From Acidimicrobiia bacterium (GTDB taxonomy: Bacteria > Actinomycetota > Acidimicrobiia > Spongiisociales > UBA11373), in contig DATHSA010000046.1 of assembly GCA_035464675.1 (NCBI GenBank), positions 461-64,460 of the forward strand: DNA of 64,000 bases, in the 5' to 3' direction. The position numbers and the translations under genes are program-made. Within the stretch, counting starts at the first letter, position 1. Every line of letters starts with the position of its first letter. The notes under the pieces are model-generated. The model worked only from the letters and a program-made list of their open reading frames with translations. It was not told the origin of the DNA and did no database searches. This document shows positions 18,483 to 28,649 of this stretch, one piece after another.

Positions 18483-20495
18483 TCAACCGGTCGCCCTGGC
18501 CATCTCTCGCAACTCGCGCTTCAGCTCGTTGATCTCGTCGCGCAGCCGGGCGGCGTACTCGAAACGGAGCTCGGAGGCGGCCTCCTTCATCTCCTCTTCG
18601 AGGCTCTGGATGAGCCGGGAGAGATCGTCCGATGGGAGATCCAGGGCGGGCCGTTCTCGAACCTCGCGCCGACGGCGCTCCACCGCGGGGGCATCGGCAC
18701 GCTGAACCAGCTCGAGGATGTCGGACACCTTCTTGCGTATCGTCTGCGGGTCGATGCCGCGTTCCGTGTTGAACTGCGTCTGCAGAGCTCGCCGCCGGTT
18801 TGTCTCGTTGATGGCGCGCTGCATCGAAGCGGTGAGATCGTCGGCGTACATGACCACCTGACCGTCGACATTCCGGGCGGCTCGGCCGATCGTCTGGATG
18901 AGGGAGGTCTCGGAGCGGAGGAACCCCTCCTTGTCGGCGTCGAGGATCGCCACCAGGCCGACCTCCGGGAGGTCGAGGCCTTCGCGCAGCAGGTTGATGC
19001 CCACGAGCACGTCGAACTCTCCGAGCCGGAGGTCGCGCAGGATCTGCACACGCTCGAGAGTGTCGATGTCGGAGTGGAGATAGCGTGTCCGCACGCCCAC
19101 CTCCAGGAGGTAGTCGGTGAGATCCTCGGCCATCTTCTTGGTGAGCGTGGTCACGAGCACCCGCTGATCGCGCTCGGTCCGCACCCGGACCTCCTCGAGC
19201 AGGTCGTCTATCTGGCCGCGCGTGGGCCTCACCAGGACTTCAGGATCGACGAGACCGGTGGGCCGGATGATCTGCTCGACGACTCGGCTCGAGTGCTCCA
19301 ACTCCCAGGCCGACGGAGTTGCCGACAACAGGACCGTCTGGCCCGCCTTCTCCAGCCACTCGTCGAACCGGAGGGGACGGTTGTCGCGTGCCGACGGAAG
19401 GCGGAAGCCGTGCTCGACCAGCACGTTCTTCCGGCTGCGATCCCCTTCGTACTGGCCGTGAAGCTGCGGGATCGTCACATGGCTCTCGTCGACCACCGTG
19501 AGGTAGTCGTCGGGGAAGTAGTCGAGAAGGGTGTACGGAGCCTCGCCCGGCCCTCGTCCATCGAGGTGCCGGGCGTAGTTCTCGATGCCGTTGCAGTAGC
19601 CGAGCTCGCGCATCATCTCGAGGTCGTACGAGGTCCTCATCCGAAGGCGTTGTGCCTCGAGCAGCTTGTTGCGCTCCTCGAGCCACGAGAGCCTGTCGGC
19701 CAATTCCACCTCGATCGCATCGATGGCGGCATGCAACCTGTCCCGGGTCGCGACGTAGTGGCTCGCGGGATAGACGAACACCTCGGAGACCTCCCGGATC
19801 ACCTCCCCGGTGACCGGATTCATCTCGATCAACCGATCGACCTCGTCGCCGAAGTACTCGACACGAAGAACGGTCTCCTCGTACGAAGGCATCACCTCCA
19901 GCGTGTCGCCGCGCACTCGGAACCGGCCCCTCGTGAGGTTCACTTCGTTGCGCTCGTACTGGATGTCCACGAGCCGGCGCACGGCGTCGTCGAGGGGATA
20001 CTCGACTCCCTGCACCAGTCGGAGCAGCTGGCCCTCGTACTGCTCCGGCGAGCCCAACCCGTAGATGGCCGACACCGACGCCACGATGATCACATCACGC
20101 CGGGTCAGCAGCGCTGCGGTCGCCGAGTGACGCAGCCGGTCGATCTCGTCGTTGACGGTGGCATCCTTCTCGATGTACGTGTCGCTCTGCGGTATGTACG
20201 CCTCGGGCTGGTAGTAGTCGTAGTACGAGACGAAGTACTCGACGCGGTTGTCGGGGAAGAACTGACGGAACTCGTTCGCCAACTGGGCCGCAAGGGCCTT
20301 GTTCGGCGCCAGAACGAGAGTCGGGCGCTGGACCTTCTCGATCAGCCAGGCGATGGTTGCCGACTTCCCCGAGCCTGTGATCCCGAGCAGGGTCTGGAAG
20401 CGCTCCCCTGCCTCGATGCCGGCGGCGAGCTCTGAGACGGCCTTGGGCTGGTCGCCGGCGGGAGCGAAGTCGGAAACGACACGAAACGGTTGCAC
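18483..20495 (-). CDS. uvrB: Excinuclease ABC subunit B
   Basis: [38 protein letters not shown] and QTIGRAARN motifs; C-terminal UVR. Confidence 0.98.
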   Translation of the reverse strand: MQPFRVVSDFAPAGDQPKAVSELAAGIEAGERFQTLLGITGSGKSATIAWLIEKVQRPTLVLAPNKALAAQLANEFRQFFPDNRVEYFVSYYDYYQPEAYIPQSDTYIEKDATVNDEIDRLRHSATAALLTRRDVIIVASVSAIYGLGSPEQYEGQLLRLVQGVEYPLDDAVRRLVDIQYERNEVNLTRGRFRVRGDTLEVMPSYEETVLRVEYFGDEVDRLIEMNPVTGEVIREVSEVFVYPASHYVATRDRLHAAIDAIEVELADRLSWLEERNKLLEAQRLRMRTSYDLEMMRELGYCNGIENYARHLDGRGPGEAPYTLLDYFPDDYLTVVDESHVTIPQLHGQYEGDRSRKNVLVEHGFRLPSARDNRPLRFDEWLEKAGQTVLLSATPSAWELEHSSRVVEQIIRPTGLVDPEVLVRPTRGQIDDLLEEVRVRTERDQRVLVTTLTKKMAEDLTDYLLEVGVRTRYLHSDIDTLERVQILRDLRLGEFDVLVGINLLREGLDLPEVGLVAILDADKEGFLRSETSLIQTIGRAARNVDGQVVMYADDLTASMQRAINETNRRRALQTQFNTERGIDPQTIRKKVSDILELVQRADAPAVERRRREVRERPALDLPSDDLSRLIQSLEEEMKEAASELRFEYAARLRDEINELKRELREMARATG

Positions 20496-20527
20496 GGGCG
20501 AACCCTACCGCTGCCCTGCGACGCGAA

Positions 20528-21100
20528 TCACACGATGGTGATCCGCCCCCAAACGGCGCGACACTCGCGCTCGAGGGTCGTCAGGTCGAAGCGGTTGTCC
20601 ACCACCAGGTCGGCAACCTCCAGCCACTCTCCTCGCGACGGCTGGGCCGCCATCCGCGCGTCGATGTCGTCAGGTGCCATGCCCCGGTCGAGCAGACGCC
20701 GGATTCGGATCTCGGTCGGGGCGTCGACGACTATTCGCTTCCACTCCGGGCCGAAGAAGTCGGTGATGAGCGGCACCTCGACCATCACGACGCCCTCCCT
20801 TCCCGCGATCGATCGATCGATCTCCGCCCGGATCGCCGGATGCGTGATCGCCTCGAGGGCTCGCAACTCGGCACGATCGGCGAATACCAGCTCCGCAAGC
20901 GCCGACCTGTCGATCTCGCCGCCGAACACCGCCTCCGGAAAGCGCGCGGCCACCTGCTCGGAAGCCGCACCCCCAGGAGCGATGACCGCGTGGCCTACCC
21001 GATCGGCGGAGACGACGAACGCCCCGAGGTCACCGAACACTCGACCCGCGGTCGACTTGCCGCTTCCGATTCCGCCGGTGAGAAGGAAGTGCCGATCCAC
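20528..21100 (-). CDS. coaE: Dephospho-CoA kinase
   Basis: LTGGIGSGKST, LEAITHPAIR, EVPL and RMAAQ motifs; start GTG 21100 (alternative ATG 21115). Confidence 0.93.
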   Translation of the reverse strand: MDRHFLLTGGIGSGKSTAGRVFGDLGAFVVSADRVGHAVIAPGGAASEQVAARFPEAVFGGEIDRSALAELVFADRAELRALEAITHPAIRAEIDRSIAGREGVVMVEVPLITDFFGPEWKRIVVDAPTEIRIRRLLDRGMAPDDIDARMAAQPSRGEWLEVADLVVDNRFDLTTLERECRAVWGRITIV

Positions 21101-21149
21101 CACGCGAGCGTACATACCGCGGTTCCGCTGCTCGATCAGGGCAACCCGG

Positions 21150-21815
21150 TCACGCTCTCGCTCCGCCGGTGCGCGGCAGGTCGTCGCTGTCTGGCTGCAC
21201 CTCCGACGGCTCCACCTCGAAGTGAATCGATCGGACCCGCCGCGGCCAGACGCCCCGGTCGGGGGCGTCGTCCGCAGCCATCGGGCCGGAGACGGCGGAG
21301 GCCCGCCAGGCATCGGTGTGAACCTCGAGATCGGAGAAGGCGAAAGGTGTGTCCACGCTCGACCACGCTCCCTCGTCCCTGTCGATCATGGTCGGGGGTC
21401 CGGCGAGTGGCACGATCGGCGACTCGAGATCCGATTGGCGCCCCGGTGGAGGCAGCCGGTCGAGGATCCCGGCCAGCTTGGTCTCCGTGAGTGGGGTGTC
21501 GACGACATCCACGATGCCGGAGCGGAGCGACGCCAGCAGGAGTCGGTTGGTCACGACGTCGGCGACCAGCACTGCGCGGAGGCAGGGGTCGACATCGCGC
21601 AGGAGCCCGGCAGCCGTCACGCGGCGCTCGGTGGCGAGCGATGGCCCGAGCAGTGCCAGGTCCACCTGCTCGTCCGCGATCGTCTCCGCAGCGTCCTCCA
21701 CGCTCGGGGCCGTCAGGATGCGGGCTGTGGGGAGAATCCGGCCGGCGACTTCGGCAAGTCCCGTGTCGGTGTCGATCACCAGCACGAGTTGCTGGGTTCG
21801 GGTCGATTGCGTCAT
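21150..21815 (-). CDS. Hypothetical protein with a degenerate receiver-like domain and low-complexity tail
   Basis: LVLVIDTD...VDLALLGPSL pattern resembles a CheY-like fold with Gly at the phosphoacceptor position. Confidence 0.6.
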   Translation of the reverse strand: MTQSTRTQQLVLVIDTDTGLAEVAGRILPTARILTAPSVEDAAETIADEQVDLALLGPSLATERRVTAAGLLRDVDPCLRAVLVADVVTNRLLLASLRSGIVDVVDTPLTETKLAGILDRLPPPGRQSDLESPIVPLAGPPTMIDRDEGAWSSVDTPFAFSDLEVHTDAWRASAVSGPMAADDAPDRGVWPRRVRSIHFEVEPSEVQPDSDDLPRTGGARA

Positions 21816-21945
21816 CAGGGACTTCTTCGACCACAGGCGTGCAGGACCTGAGTGCCATTGTCTGCCCGACGGCCTGAAGTCATCGGGTGACGGTGGAGCT
21901 GCCGGCGTATCCAGTCCGGAGCCGCGCCGACGGATCCCCGGAGGG

Positions 21946-23400
21946 CTACTTCCTGCCGATGCCTCGCTGCTTGAGTTCCTCGAGGATGGCCTCGAGAGAC
22001 GAGTCGGCGTTGAACACCGGCTCCGGCTGACCGGCCTCTTCCTCGCGCTCGAACTCCTGTGTCTTCTTGCGCTTGCCGCCGGATGGCCCGGGGTCCCGCT
22101 GATCGTCCTGCCACTGGCTGCGGTTCTCCCACTCGGGCAGGGCCTGCTTGATCGACAGGCTGATGCGACGACGGTCCTCGTCGATCTCGGTGACCTTCAC
22201 CCTGACCGCTTGATCCACCGACAGTTCCAGCTCGGGGCTCTCCACGTGATGGATTGCGATCTCCGAGACGTGGACGAGGCCCTCGACGCCATCGGCGACC
22301 GAGACGAATGCGCCGAACGGAACCGTCTTCGTGACGGTTCCATCTATCACGTCGCCGACGCCGTGGGCATCACTGAAGGACTCCCACGGATCCTCACGGG
22401 TCTGTCGAATCGACAGCGAGATGCGTTCCCGCTCGAGGTCGACCTCGAGCACCTTGATCTTGACCTTGTCGCCGACAGACACGACCTCGCTCGGATGGCT
22501 CACGTGCTGCCAGGAGAGTTCGGACACGTGGACGAGACCGTCCATGCCCCCGAGATCCACGAAGGCGCCGAAGTTCACGACCGAAGACACGACACCCTCG
22601 CGTACCTCACCTGAGGCGAGCTCGTCGAGGAATGCCTGGCGCTGTTCGGCCTGCTCCTCCTCCAGGTACGCACGGCGGGAGAGGACGACGTTGTTGCGGT
22701 TCTTGTCCAACTCGATGACCTTCGCCTCGAGTGTCTCGCCCACATACGGATGGAGGTCACGCACCCGGCGCAATTCCACGAGCGACGCCGGAAGGAAACC
22801 GCGAAGCCCTATGTCGACGATGAGTCCGCCCTTGACGACCTCGATCACCTGTCCGGTGACCGTGCCGCCCTCCTCCATGACCTTCTCGATGCGGCCCCAT
22901 GCACGCTCGTATTGCGCTCGCTTCTTGGAGAGGATGAGGCGCCCGTCCTGGTCCTCCATCTGCATGACCAGCGCCTCGACCTGGTCCCCTACCTTGGCGA
23001 TCTCGTTGGGATTGACCGTGTTGCGGATCGAGAGCTCTTTCGCGGGAATGACGCCCTCGGACTTGTAGCCGATGTCGACCAGGACCTCGTCGGGGTCCAC
23101 GCGGACGATCGTCCCGGTGACCAGGGTCCCTTCCTTCAACTCGACGACGGTCTTCTCGACCGCGGCGGCGAAATCCTCTGCGGACAGGTCGTCGGCGACG
23201 TCGCCGAGGGTCTGGAGAGCGGCCGCCGGATCGGCGACCTCGATGCCGTCGTCCACCTTGATGGCGGCGTCGGCGGTGGGGGCCTGGGTTTCGGTCGAAG
23301 CCTCGCCCTCGGGGGCCTCGACGGCGACTGCGGTGTCGGCGGAGGCCTCGTCGGCGTCCGCCGCGTCGCCCGCAGGCGCGTTGGTGGTCTCGTCGGTCAT
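21946..23400 (-). CDS. rpsA: 30S ribosomal protein S1
   Basis: Four S1 repeats (VLVDIGYKSEGVIP, FGAFVDLGGMDGLVHVSELSW). Confidence 0.97.
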   Translation of the reverse strand: MTDETTNAPAGDAADADEASADTAVAVEAPEGEASTETQAPTADAAIKVDDGIEVADPAAALQTLGDVADDLSAEDFAAAVEKTVVELKEGTLVTGTIVRVDPDEVLVDIGYKSEGVIPAKELSIRNTVNPNEIAKVGDQVEALVMQMEDQDGRLILSKKRAQYERAWGRIEKVMEEGGTVTGQVIEVVKGGLIVDIGLRGFLPASLVELRRVRDLHPYVGETLEAKVIELDKNRNNVVLSRRAYLEEEQAEQRQAFLDELASGEVREGVVSSVVNFGAFVDLGGMDGLVHVSELSWQHVSHPSEVVSVGDKVKIKVLEVDLERERISLSIRQTREDPWESFSDAHGVGDVIDGTVTKTVPFGAFVSVADGVEGLVHVSEIAIHHVESPELELSVDQAVRVKVTEIDEDRRRISLSIKQALPEWENRSQWQDDQRDPGPSGGKRKKTQEFEREEEAGQPEPVFNADSSLEAILEELKQRGIGRK

Positions 23401-23519
23401 GGGTATTGGGTCACCTCGAACGTGGAACTCCCCGGACGGAGGCCCGGAGGCGCCCATAGGGTAACACGCTCCCGAGCGCGTCAGGCATCTCGCGGGTCGA
23501 ACCCAGGCCGGGCGGCCGG

Positions 23520-26141
23520 CTATCGCTTCGTGTCCGCCAGGGTCTTGCCCACCGCCACGTCGGCCACCAACGGGACCTCCAGGTCGACGACGCCCTCCAT
23601 GATCTCGACCACGATGGCCGCCACTTCCCCGGCGTCGCCCTCCGGTGCCTCGAGCACCAATTCGTCGTGTACCTGGAGCAGCATCATCGCGTCGTTGCCG
23701 GCGAGGGCCGTATCGAGGTCGATCATCGCCTTCTTGATGATGTCGGCCGCCGAACCCTGGATGGGGGCGTTCAGTGCCATCCGCTCCCCGCTCTGACGCT
23801 CCCGGAAGTTCCCGGAGGTCAACTCGGGCAGGTAGCGGCGACGACCCAGGAGGGTCTCGGTGTATCCGCTGTTGCGGGCCTCGCTGACGATCCCCGACAT
23901 GAACTCCTTGACCCCGGGGAACTGCGAGAAGTAGGCCTCCATGTGCTGCTTGGCCTCTTCGGCGGGGATCTCGAGCCGTTGACCCAGCCCGTAGGCCTCC
24001 ATGCCGTAGAGGAGGCCGAAGTTGATGACCTTCGCCCGGCGCCGCATGTCCGGATCCACATCCTTCGAATCGACCCCGAACACCCGGGCGGCAGTGGCGG
24101 TATGGATGTCGTCCCCGGAGGCGAACGCCTCGACGAGTGCCGACTCGCCGCTCAGGTGAGCCAGGATCCGCAACTCGATCTGGCTGTAGTCGGCGACCAC
24201 GAAGGTGTGGCCCTCCGACGCGGCGAACGCCCGACGGATCGTACGCCCCTCCTCGGAGCGGATGGGAATGTTCTGCATGTTGGGCTGCTCCGACGAGATG
24301 CGGCCGGTCGCCGCACCGGTCTGGTTGAAGATGCAGTGGATCCGGCCGTCCTCGGCGATCAAGGGGAGCAGCCCGTCGACATAGGTGGAGCGGAGCTTCT
24401 CCAGCTCGCGGAATGCCAGGAGGTGCTCGACGATCGGATGGTCGTCCGCCATCTTCTGGAGAGTGCTTGCGTCCGTCGAGGGCTGCCCCTTGGGCGTCTT
24501 CTTCAGGATCGGAAGGCCGAGGCGCTCGAACAGCACTTCGCGCAGTTGCAGGGTGGAGTTGACGTTGAATGGCTCTCCCGCGAATCCATAGATCTTCTTC
24601 TCCAGGGTCGCCAGACGATCCCGCAGGCTCTCCCCCAGCTCCTCGAGGTACTCGCGGTCCACTCCGATACCTGCCTCCTCCATTCGGGCAAGCACCCGGA
24701 CCAGCGGCAACTCCACCTCGCGGAACAAGGTCAGCCCCCCACGAGCGTCGAGTTGGCCGGTCAATGGCTCGACGAGCCGCGCCACGGCAGCGGCCCGCCG
24801 GCCTGCCGATCCCACGTCGGGTCCCGATGCCTCGAACTCGAGCGTCCCCTGGGGTCCGTCGTCTCCCGTCTCCCCCTCGGGCTCGATCTCGAGCCCGAGC
24901 ACGCGCCCGGCCAGGTCACTCAGCGGTTGGGTGCCCCCAGCGGGATTGATCAGATACGCGGCGAGCGCCGTGTCGAATGCCAGGCCCCTGAAGTCGAGAT
25001 CGGCCTCGAGCAGGGCCCGGACCAGTGGCTTGGCGTCGTGAAGAGCCTTCGGAGTGCCTGGATCCGCAAGCGCATCGCCGAGGTCGCCGAAGCGATCGAA
25101 CGGGACGAAGGTCGCCTCGTCGCCGTCGCCCGCGACGGCGACGCCCACCAGGTCCCCCGACTCCCAGACCGGTTCGATCGCCAGGACGGATCCCGCCGAA
25201 CCCGCGATCGCGTCGGCCCCCGACCCCGTGCTGACCTCGACCTGCAGCGTCTCGTCCTGCTCGGGTGCGCCACCTCCCCCGACCTCCTGGAGGCGCTGCC
25301 ACAGCGACCGGAATGCGAGCCCGTCGAACACCCGGCGCACCTCCTGCGGATCCCACGGGGCGAGCCGCATGCTCTCGATGTCGACGTCGACCGGGACGTC
25401 GGAGACGAGGCGGATCAGATCCCGATTGAGGTACACCTGCTCTCGCGAGGCGTCGAGGTTCTCCTTGAGCCTGGGGGTCTGCTCATCGAGGTGCTCATAG
25501 ATCCCCTCGATGTCCCCGTACCCGGACACGAGCCTGGACGCCGTCTTCTCCCCGACCCCCGGAACTCCCGGAAGATTGTCGGAGGTGTCTCCGCGCAGCG
25601 CCGCGTAGTCCGCGTATTGGTCGGGGCGAATCCCGTACCTCTCCTCCACGTAGGAGGCATCGGCGACGATCGTGTCGGAGATCCCGCGCCGGGTGTAGTA
25701 GACACGGATGGGGCCCTCGATCAACTGGAAGGCGTCACGGTCACCGGTCACGATCAAGACGTCCCACCCCTCGGACCCGGCCTTGCCCGCGATCGTGGCG
25801 ATGATGTCGTCCGCCTCCCAGCCCGGTGCCTCGAACTGCGCGAGGTTCAAGACGTCGGCGACCTCGCGAATCAGCGGCAACTGGCTCCTGAAGAGGTCGG
25901 GGGCCGCATCGCGCTGCGCCTTGTACTCCTGGTACCTCTCGCTGCGGAACGTGGCGACGGGCGTGTCCCACGCCACCGCGAGCGCGTCGGGGTGCTCGTC
26001 GTCGAGGAGCTTGATGAGCATCGACGTGAAGCCGTACACCGCGTTGGTGACCTGACCGGTCGGGGTCGCCAGGTCCGACGGCAGTGCGAAGAAGGCGCGA
26101 TATGCGAGCGAATGTCCGTCGATCAGGGCGAGGGTCGGCAC
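23520..26141 (-). CDS. polA: DNA polymerase I
   Basis: IDGHSLAYRAF, EADDIIAT, DYSQIELRILAH, RRRAKVINFGLLYG and QVHDEL motifs. Confidence 0.98.
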   Translation of the reverse strand: MPTLALIDGHSLAYRAFFALPSDLATPTGQVTNAVYGFTSMLIKLLDDEHPDALAVAWDTPVATFRSERYQEYKAQRDAAPDLFRSQLPLIREVADVLNLAQFEAPGWEADDIIATIAGKAGSEGWDVLIVTGDRDAFQLIEGPIRVYYTRRGISDTIVADASYVEERYGIRPDQYADYAALRGDTSDNLPGVPGVGEKTASRLVSGYGDIEGIYEHLDEQTPRLKENLDASREQVYLNRDLIRLVSDVPVDVDIESMRLAPWDPQEVRRVFDGLAFRSLWQRLQEVGGGGAPEQDETLQVEVSTGSGADAIAGSAGSVLAIEPVWESGDLVGVAVAGDGDEATFVPFDRFGDLGDALADPGTPKALHDAKPLVRALLEADLDFRGLAFDTALAAYLINPAGGTQPLSDLAGRVLGLEIEPEGETGDDGPQGTLEFEASGPDVGSAGRRAAAVARLVEPLTGQLDARGGLTLFREVELPLVRVLARMEEAGIGVDREYLEELGESLRDRLATLEKKIYGFAGEPFNVNSTLQLREVLFERLGLPILKKTPKGQPSTDASTLQKMADDHPIVEHLLAFRELEKLRSTYVDGLLPLIAEDGRIHCIFNQTGAATGRISSEQPNMQNIPIRSEEGRTIRRAFAASEGHTFVVADYSQIELRILAHLSGESALVEAFASGDDIHTATAARVFGVDSKDVDPDMRRRAKVINFGLLYGMEAYGLGQRLEIPAEEAKQHMEAYFSQFPGVKEFMSGIVSEARNSGYTETLLGRRRYLPELTSGNFRERQSGERMALNAPIQGSAADIIKKAMIDLDTALAGNDAMMLLQVHDELVLEAPEGDAGEVAAIVVEIMEGVVDLEVPLVADVAVGKTLADTKR

Positions 26142-26164
26142 GAGGTCGATGGTAGGGGGAACCG

Positions 26165-26200
26165 GTTACCCGTTCCCCGTTACCCGTTGCCCGCCACCCG
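26165..26200 (+). repeat. 7-bp tandem repeat (GTTACCC GTTCCCC GTTACCC GTTGCCC GCCACCC)
   Basis: Read directly upstream of polA. Confidence 0.8.
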
Positions 26201-26205
26201 CGCGC

Positions 26206-26475
26206 CTAGAGCTTCTCGAGCAACCGGGCGCGGCGCTGCTCGAGGTGTTCGATGCGATCCCGCAGCCTGGCGACCACCTTGCCGGCGCGATCGACGTCAG
26301 ACGACGTGATCCGAGCATCCTCACGCTCGATGGGGCCGCCGACGGCGGCATCCCGGCGAGCGTCGTCGTCGAGGTGTCGATGGATGCGCAACTCCTCCTC
26401 GGCGAGGCGGAGTTCCTCGCGGAGACGCGCGATCTCATCGTTGATCCCGAACAGGCGGCGCTCGATTCGGCTCAT
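26206..26475 (-). CDS. Small predicted coiled-coil hypothetical protein (89 aa)
   Basis: MSRIERRLFGINDEIARLREELRLAEEEL... heptad-like pattern; TACCTT 8 nt upstream of ATG 26475. Confidence 0.7.
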   Translation of the reverse strand: MSRIERRLFGINDEIARLREELRLAEEELRIHRHLDDDARRDAAVGGPIEREDARITSSDVDRAGKVVARLRDRIEHLEQRRARLLEKL

Positions 26476-26802
26476 CGCCGCGGAAGGTATCAGCCCTTGG
26501 GAGAGGGCCGAAGGCCGAAGGCAGAGATCAGAGAGGAGATCAGCTCGACCGCGCTCCCCACGGCGAAGACGCCCGGCCCCCGTCGAGGGCACAGTGGCCG
26601 GGCATCCTCATCGCTCGCCGGGCGGTCAGGTCGGGCTCGCCTTCGGTGAGGGCGCCCCACCGGGAGCACCCAGGCGAAACCATGCCCGGACCGCGTCTCC
26701 GTTCGACTGATCGGTGATCGATCGCACGGCATCGGCGAACCGCCGTGTGACCTTCTTTGGGAACATGGAGGGCGCGGCTGCTCCTTATCATTCCGTGACT
26801 TC

Positions 26803-26885
26803 GCCGGGATGGCGGAATGGCAGACGCGGCGGACTCAAAATCCGCTGGGCGCAAGCCCGTGGGGGTTCGAATCCCCCTCCCGGTA
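26803..26885 (+). tRNA. tRNA-Leu, anticodon CAA
   Basis: Acceptor GCCGGGA/TCCCGGT, D-loop GGAATGGCAGAC, anticodon arm GCGGA-CTCAAAA-TCCGC, long variable arm, T-loop GGTTCGAATCC; TATCAT -10 at 26786-26791. Confidence 0.97.
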
Positions 26886-26898
26886 CCGACGGGAAGGA

Positions 26899-28617
26899 TC
26901 AGGAATCCTGGTCCTGGCCGTACCGGTTCGTGATCGGCAGCCGTCGGTCCCGACCCAGTGCCTTCGTCGTGATCTTCACGCCAGGAGCAGCCTGGCGACG
27001 CTTGTATTCGTTACGGTCGACCAGTCGCGTGATCCGCTCGACCAGGGCGCGCTCGAATCCCGATGCGACGATCTCGTCTGCAGTCTGATCCCCCTCTATG
27101 TAGCGCATGAGGATCGGGTCGAGCACCTCGTAGGGGGGGAGGCTGTCTGTGTCGAGCTGGCCGAGCCTGAGTTCCGCCGACGGCGGCTTGTCGATCACGG
27201 CCCGGGGGATCACGTCCCCGGCGCGGTTGCGCCACTCGGCGATCCGGAATATGAGCGTCTTGTAGACGTCCTTCAGCACCGCATACCCACCGACCATGTC
27301 GCCGTACAGCGTGGCGTAGCCCACCGACATCTCGGACTTGTTCCCGGTGGCGACGACCATCCCGCCGAACTTGTTCGACAACGCCATCAGAATCGCCCCC
27401 CGGACACGGGCCTGCAGGTTCTCCTCGGTCACGTCCTCTTCGGTCTCCTGGAACACCCCGGACAGGGCCTCGAGGAAACCCTCGAACGGGGGCTCGATCG
27501 AGATCTCGTCGAATCGGATCCCCAGGTTCTCGGCGAGGGCACGGGAGTCGGACACCGAGCCGTCGGACGAGTAGCGCGACGGCATCGTCACCCCCCAGAC
27601 GGACTCGGGTCCCAGCGCATCCGCCGCGATCGCCGCCGTGAGCGACGAGTCGATCCCGCCGGAGAGCCCGACCACGACGTTCTCGAATCTGTTCTTGCGG
27701 GTGTAGTCACGCAGCCCCGTGACGAGCGCGCGATACACCTCTTCCTCCTCCCCCATCGGTTCGTACGACTCCGGCGGGGTCTCGGGTTCGCCTTCCAGGA
27801 GATCTCCCGAGACGATCGTCAGCGCATCCACGTCGGCCCTGCCGCTCTCCGGAAGGGGCACGTCCACCCAGAACAGATCCTCTTCGAACTGCGGGGCCCG
27901 GTACAGCAACTCACCGCCGGCGGCGAACACCATGCTCTGGCCGTCGAAGACCAGTTCGTCCTGCCCTCCGACCGCATTCAGGTAGACGACGGGGAGCCCG
28001 TACGCGCGGGAGCGGTCGGCGATCATCTTCTCCCTCTCCGCCCCCTTGCCCCGGTGGTAGGGCGACCCATTGATGTTGAGGAGGATGTCCGCTCCACCCT
28101 TTGCCTGAGCAGCCGGAGGACCGTCGGGAACCCAGATGTCCTCACAGACCGACACGCCGACGATCGCTCCGTTGATCTCCCAGAGGGCGTCCGGTCGCTG
28201 GCCTGCTGCGAAGTAGCGGTCCTCGTCGAACACCCCGTAGTTCGGGAGCAGACATTTGTGGTAGATCCCTCGCACCTTCCCCTCGGCGAGCAGGGCGGCG
28301 GCGTTGTGGACCCGGTTGTGGCCCGCATCGTCGCGCCTCGAATTCCGGGATCGATCGACGAACCCCACGACCGACGCGGTGGATCCGGCCCCGGAGGCCA
28401 GGAAACGAAGCTCCGCGATGTTGGCGCTCACAAAGCCTTCCCGGAGCACGAGGTCCTCCGGCGGGTACCCGGTGACCGCGAGTTCGGGGAACAGCAGAAC
28501 ATCGGCCTGGATGTCCTCGGCCCATCGCATCGCCTCGGCGATACGGGCGACGTTGCCGTCTATGTCGCCGACGACGAGGTCGATCTGGGCGCCCGCGACA
28601 CGGAGGAAGTCGGTCAT
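26899..28617 (-). CDS. nadE: Glutamine-dependent NAD+ synthetase
   Basis: Nitrilase-like domain (FPELAVTGYPPEDL, YHKCLLPNYGVFDE, SVCEDIW) plus SGGIDS synthetase domain. Confidence 0.96.
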   Translation of the reverse strand: MTDFLRVAGAQIDLVVGDIDGNVARIAEAMRWAEDIQADVLLFPELAVTGYPPEDLVLREGFVSANIAELRFLASGAGSTASVVGFVDRSRNSRRDDAGHNRVHNAAALLAEGKVRGIYHKCLLPNYGVFDEDRYFAAGQRPDALWEINGAIVGVSVCEDIWVPDGPPAAQAKGGADILLNINGSPYHRGKGAEREKMIADRSRAYGLPVVYLNAVGGQDELVFDGQSMVFAAGGELLYRAPQFEEDLFWVDVPLPESGRADVDALTIVSGDLLEGEPETPPESYEPMGEEEEVYRALVTGLRDYTRKNRFENVVVGLSGGIDSSLTAAIAADALGPESVWGVTMPSRYSSDGSVSDSRALAENLGIRFDEISIEPPFEGFLEALSGVFQETEEDVTEENLQARVRGAILMALSNKFGGMVVATGNKSEMSVGYATLYGDMVGGYAVLKDVYKTLIFRIAEWRNRAGDVIPRAVIDKPPSAELRLGQLDTDSLPPYEVLDPILMRYIEGDQTADEIVASGFERALVERITRLVDRNEYKRRQAAPGVKITTKALGRDRRLPITNRYGQDQDS

Positions 28618-28649
28618 TGGCGCGCGAGGCTAACTGCGCAGGCTTCGAC

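Noticed and set aside
26600-26700. Glycine riboswitch or SRP RNA resemblance (CACCGAAGGCG on minus; GGTCAGGTC on plus)
   Set aside because: The required partner motifs (CTCTCAGG; GGAAGGAAGCAGC) are absent
26803-26900. Integrative element at tRNA-Leu
   Set aside because: nadE ends 13 bp after the tRNA; no integrase and no duplicated tRNA-Leu 3-prime end seen
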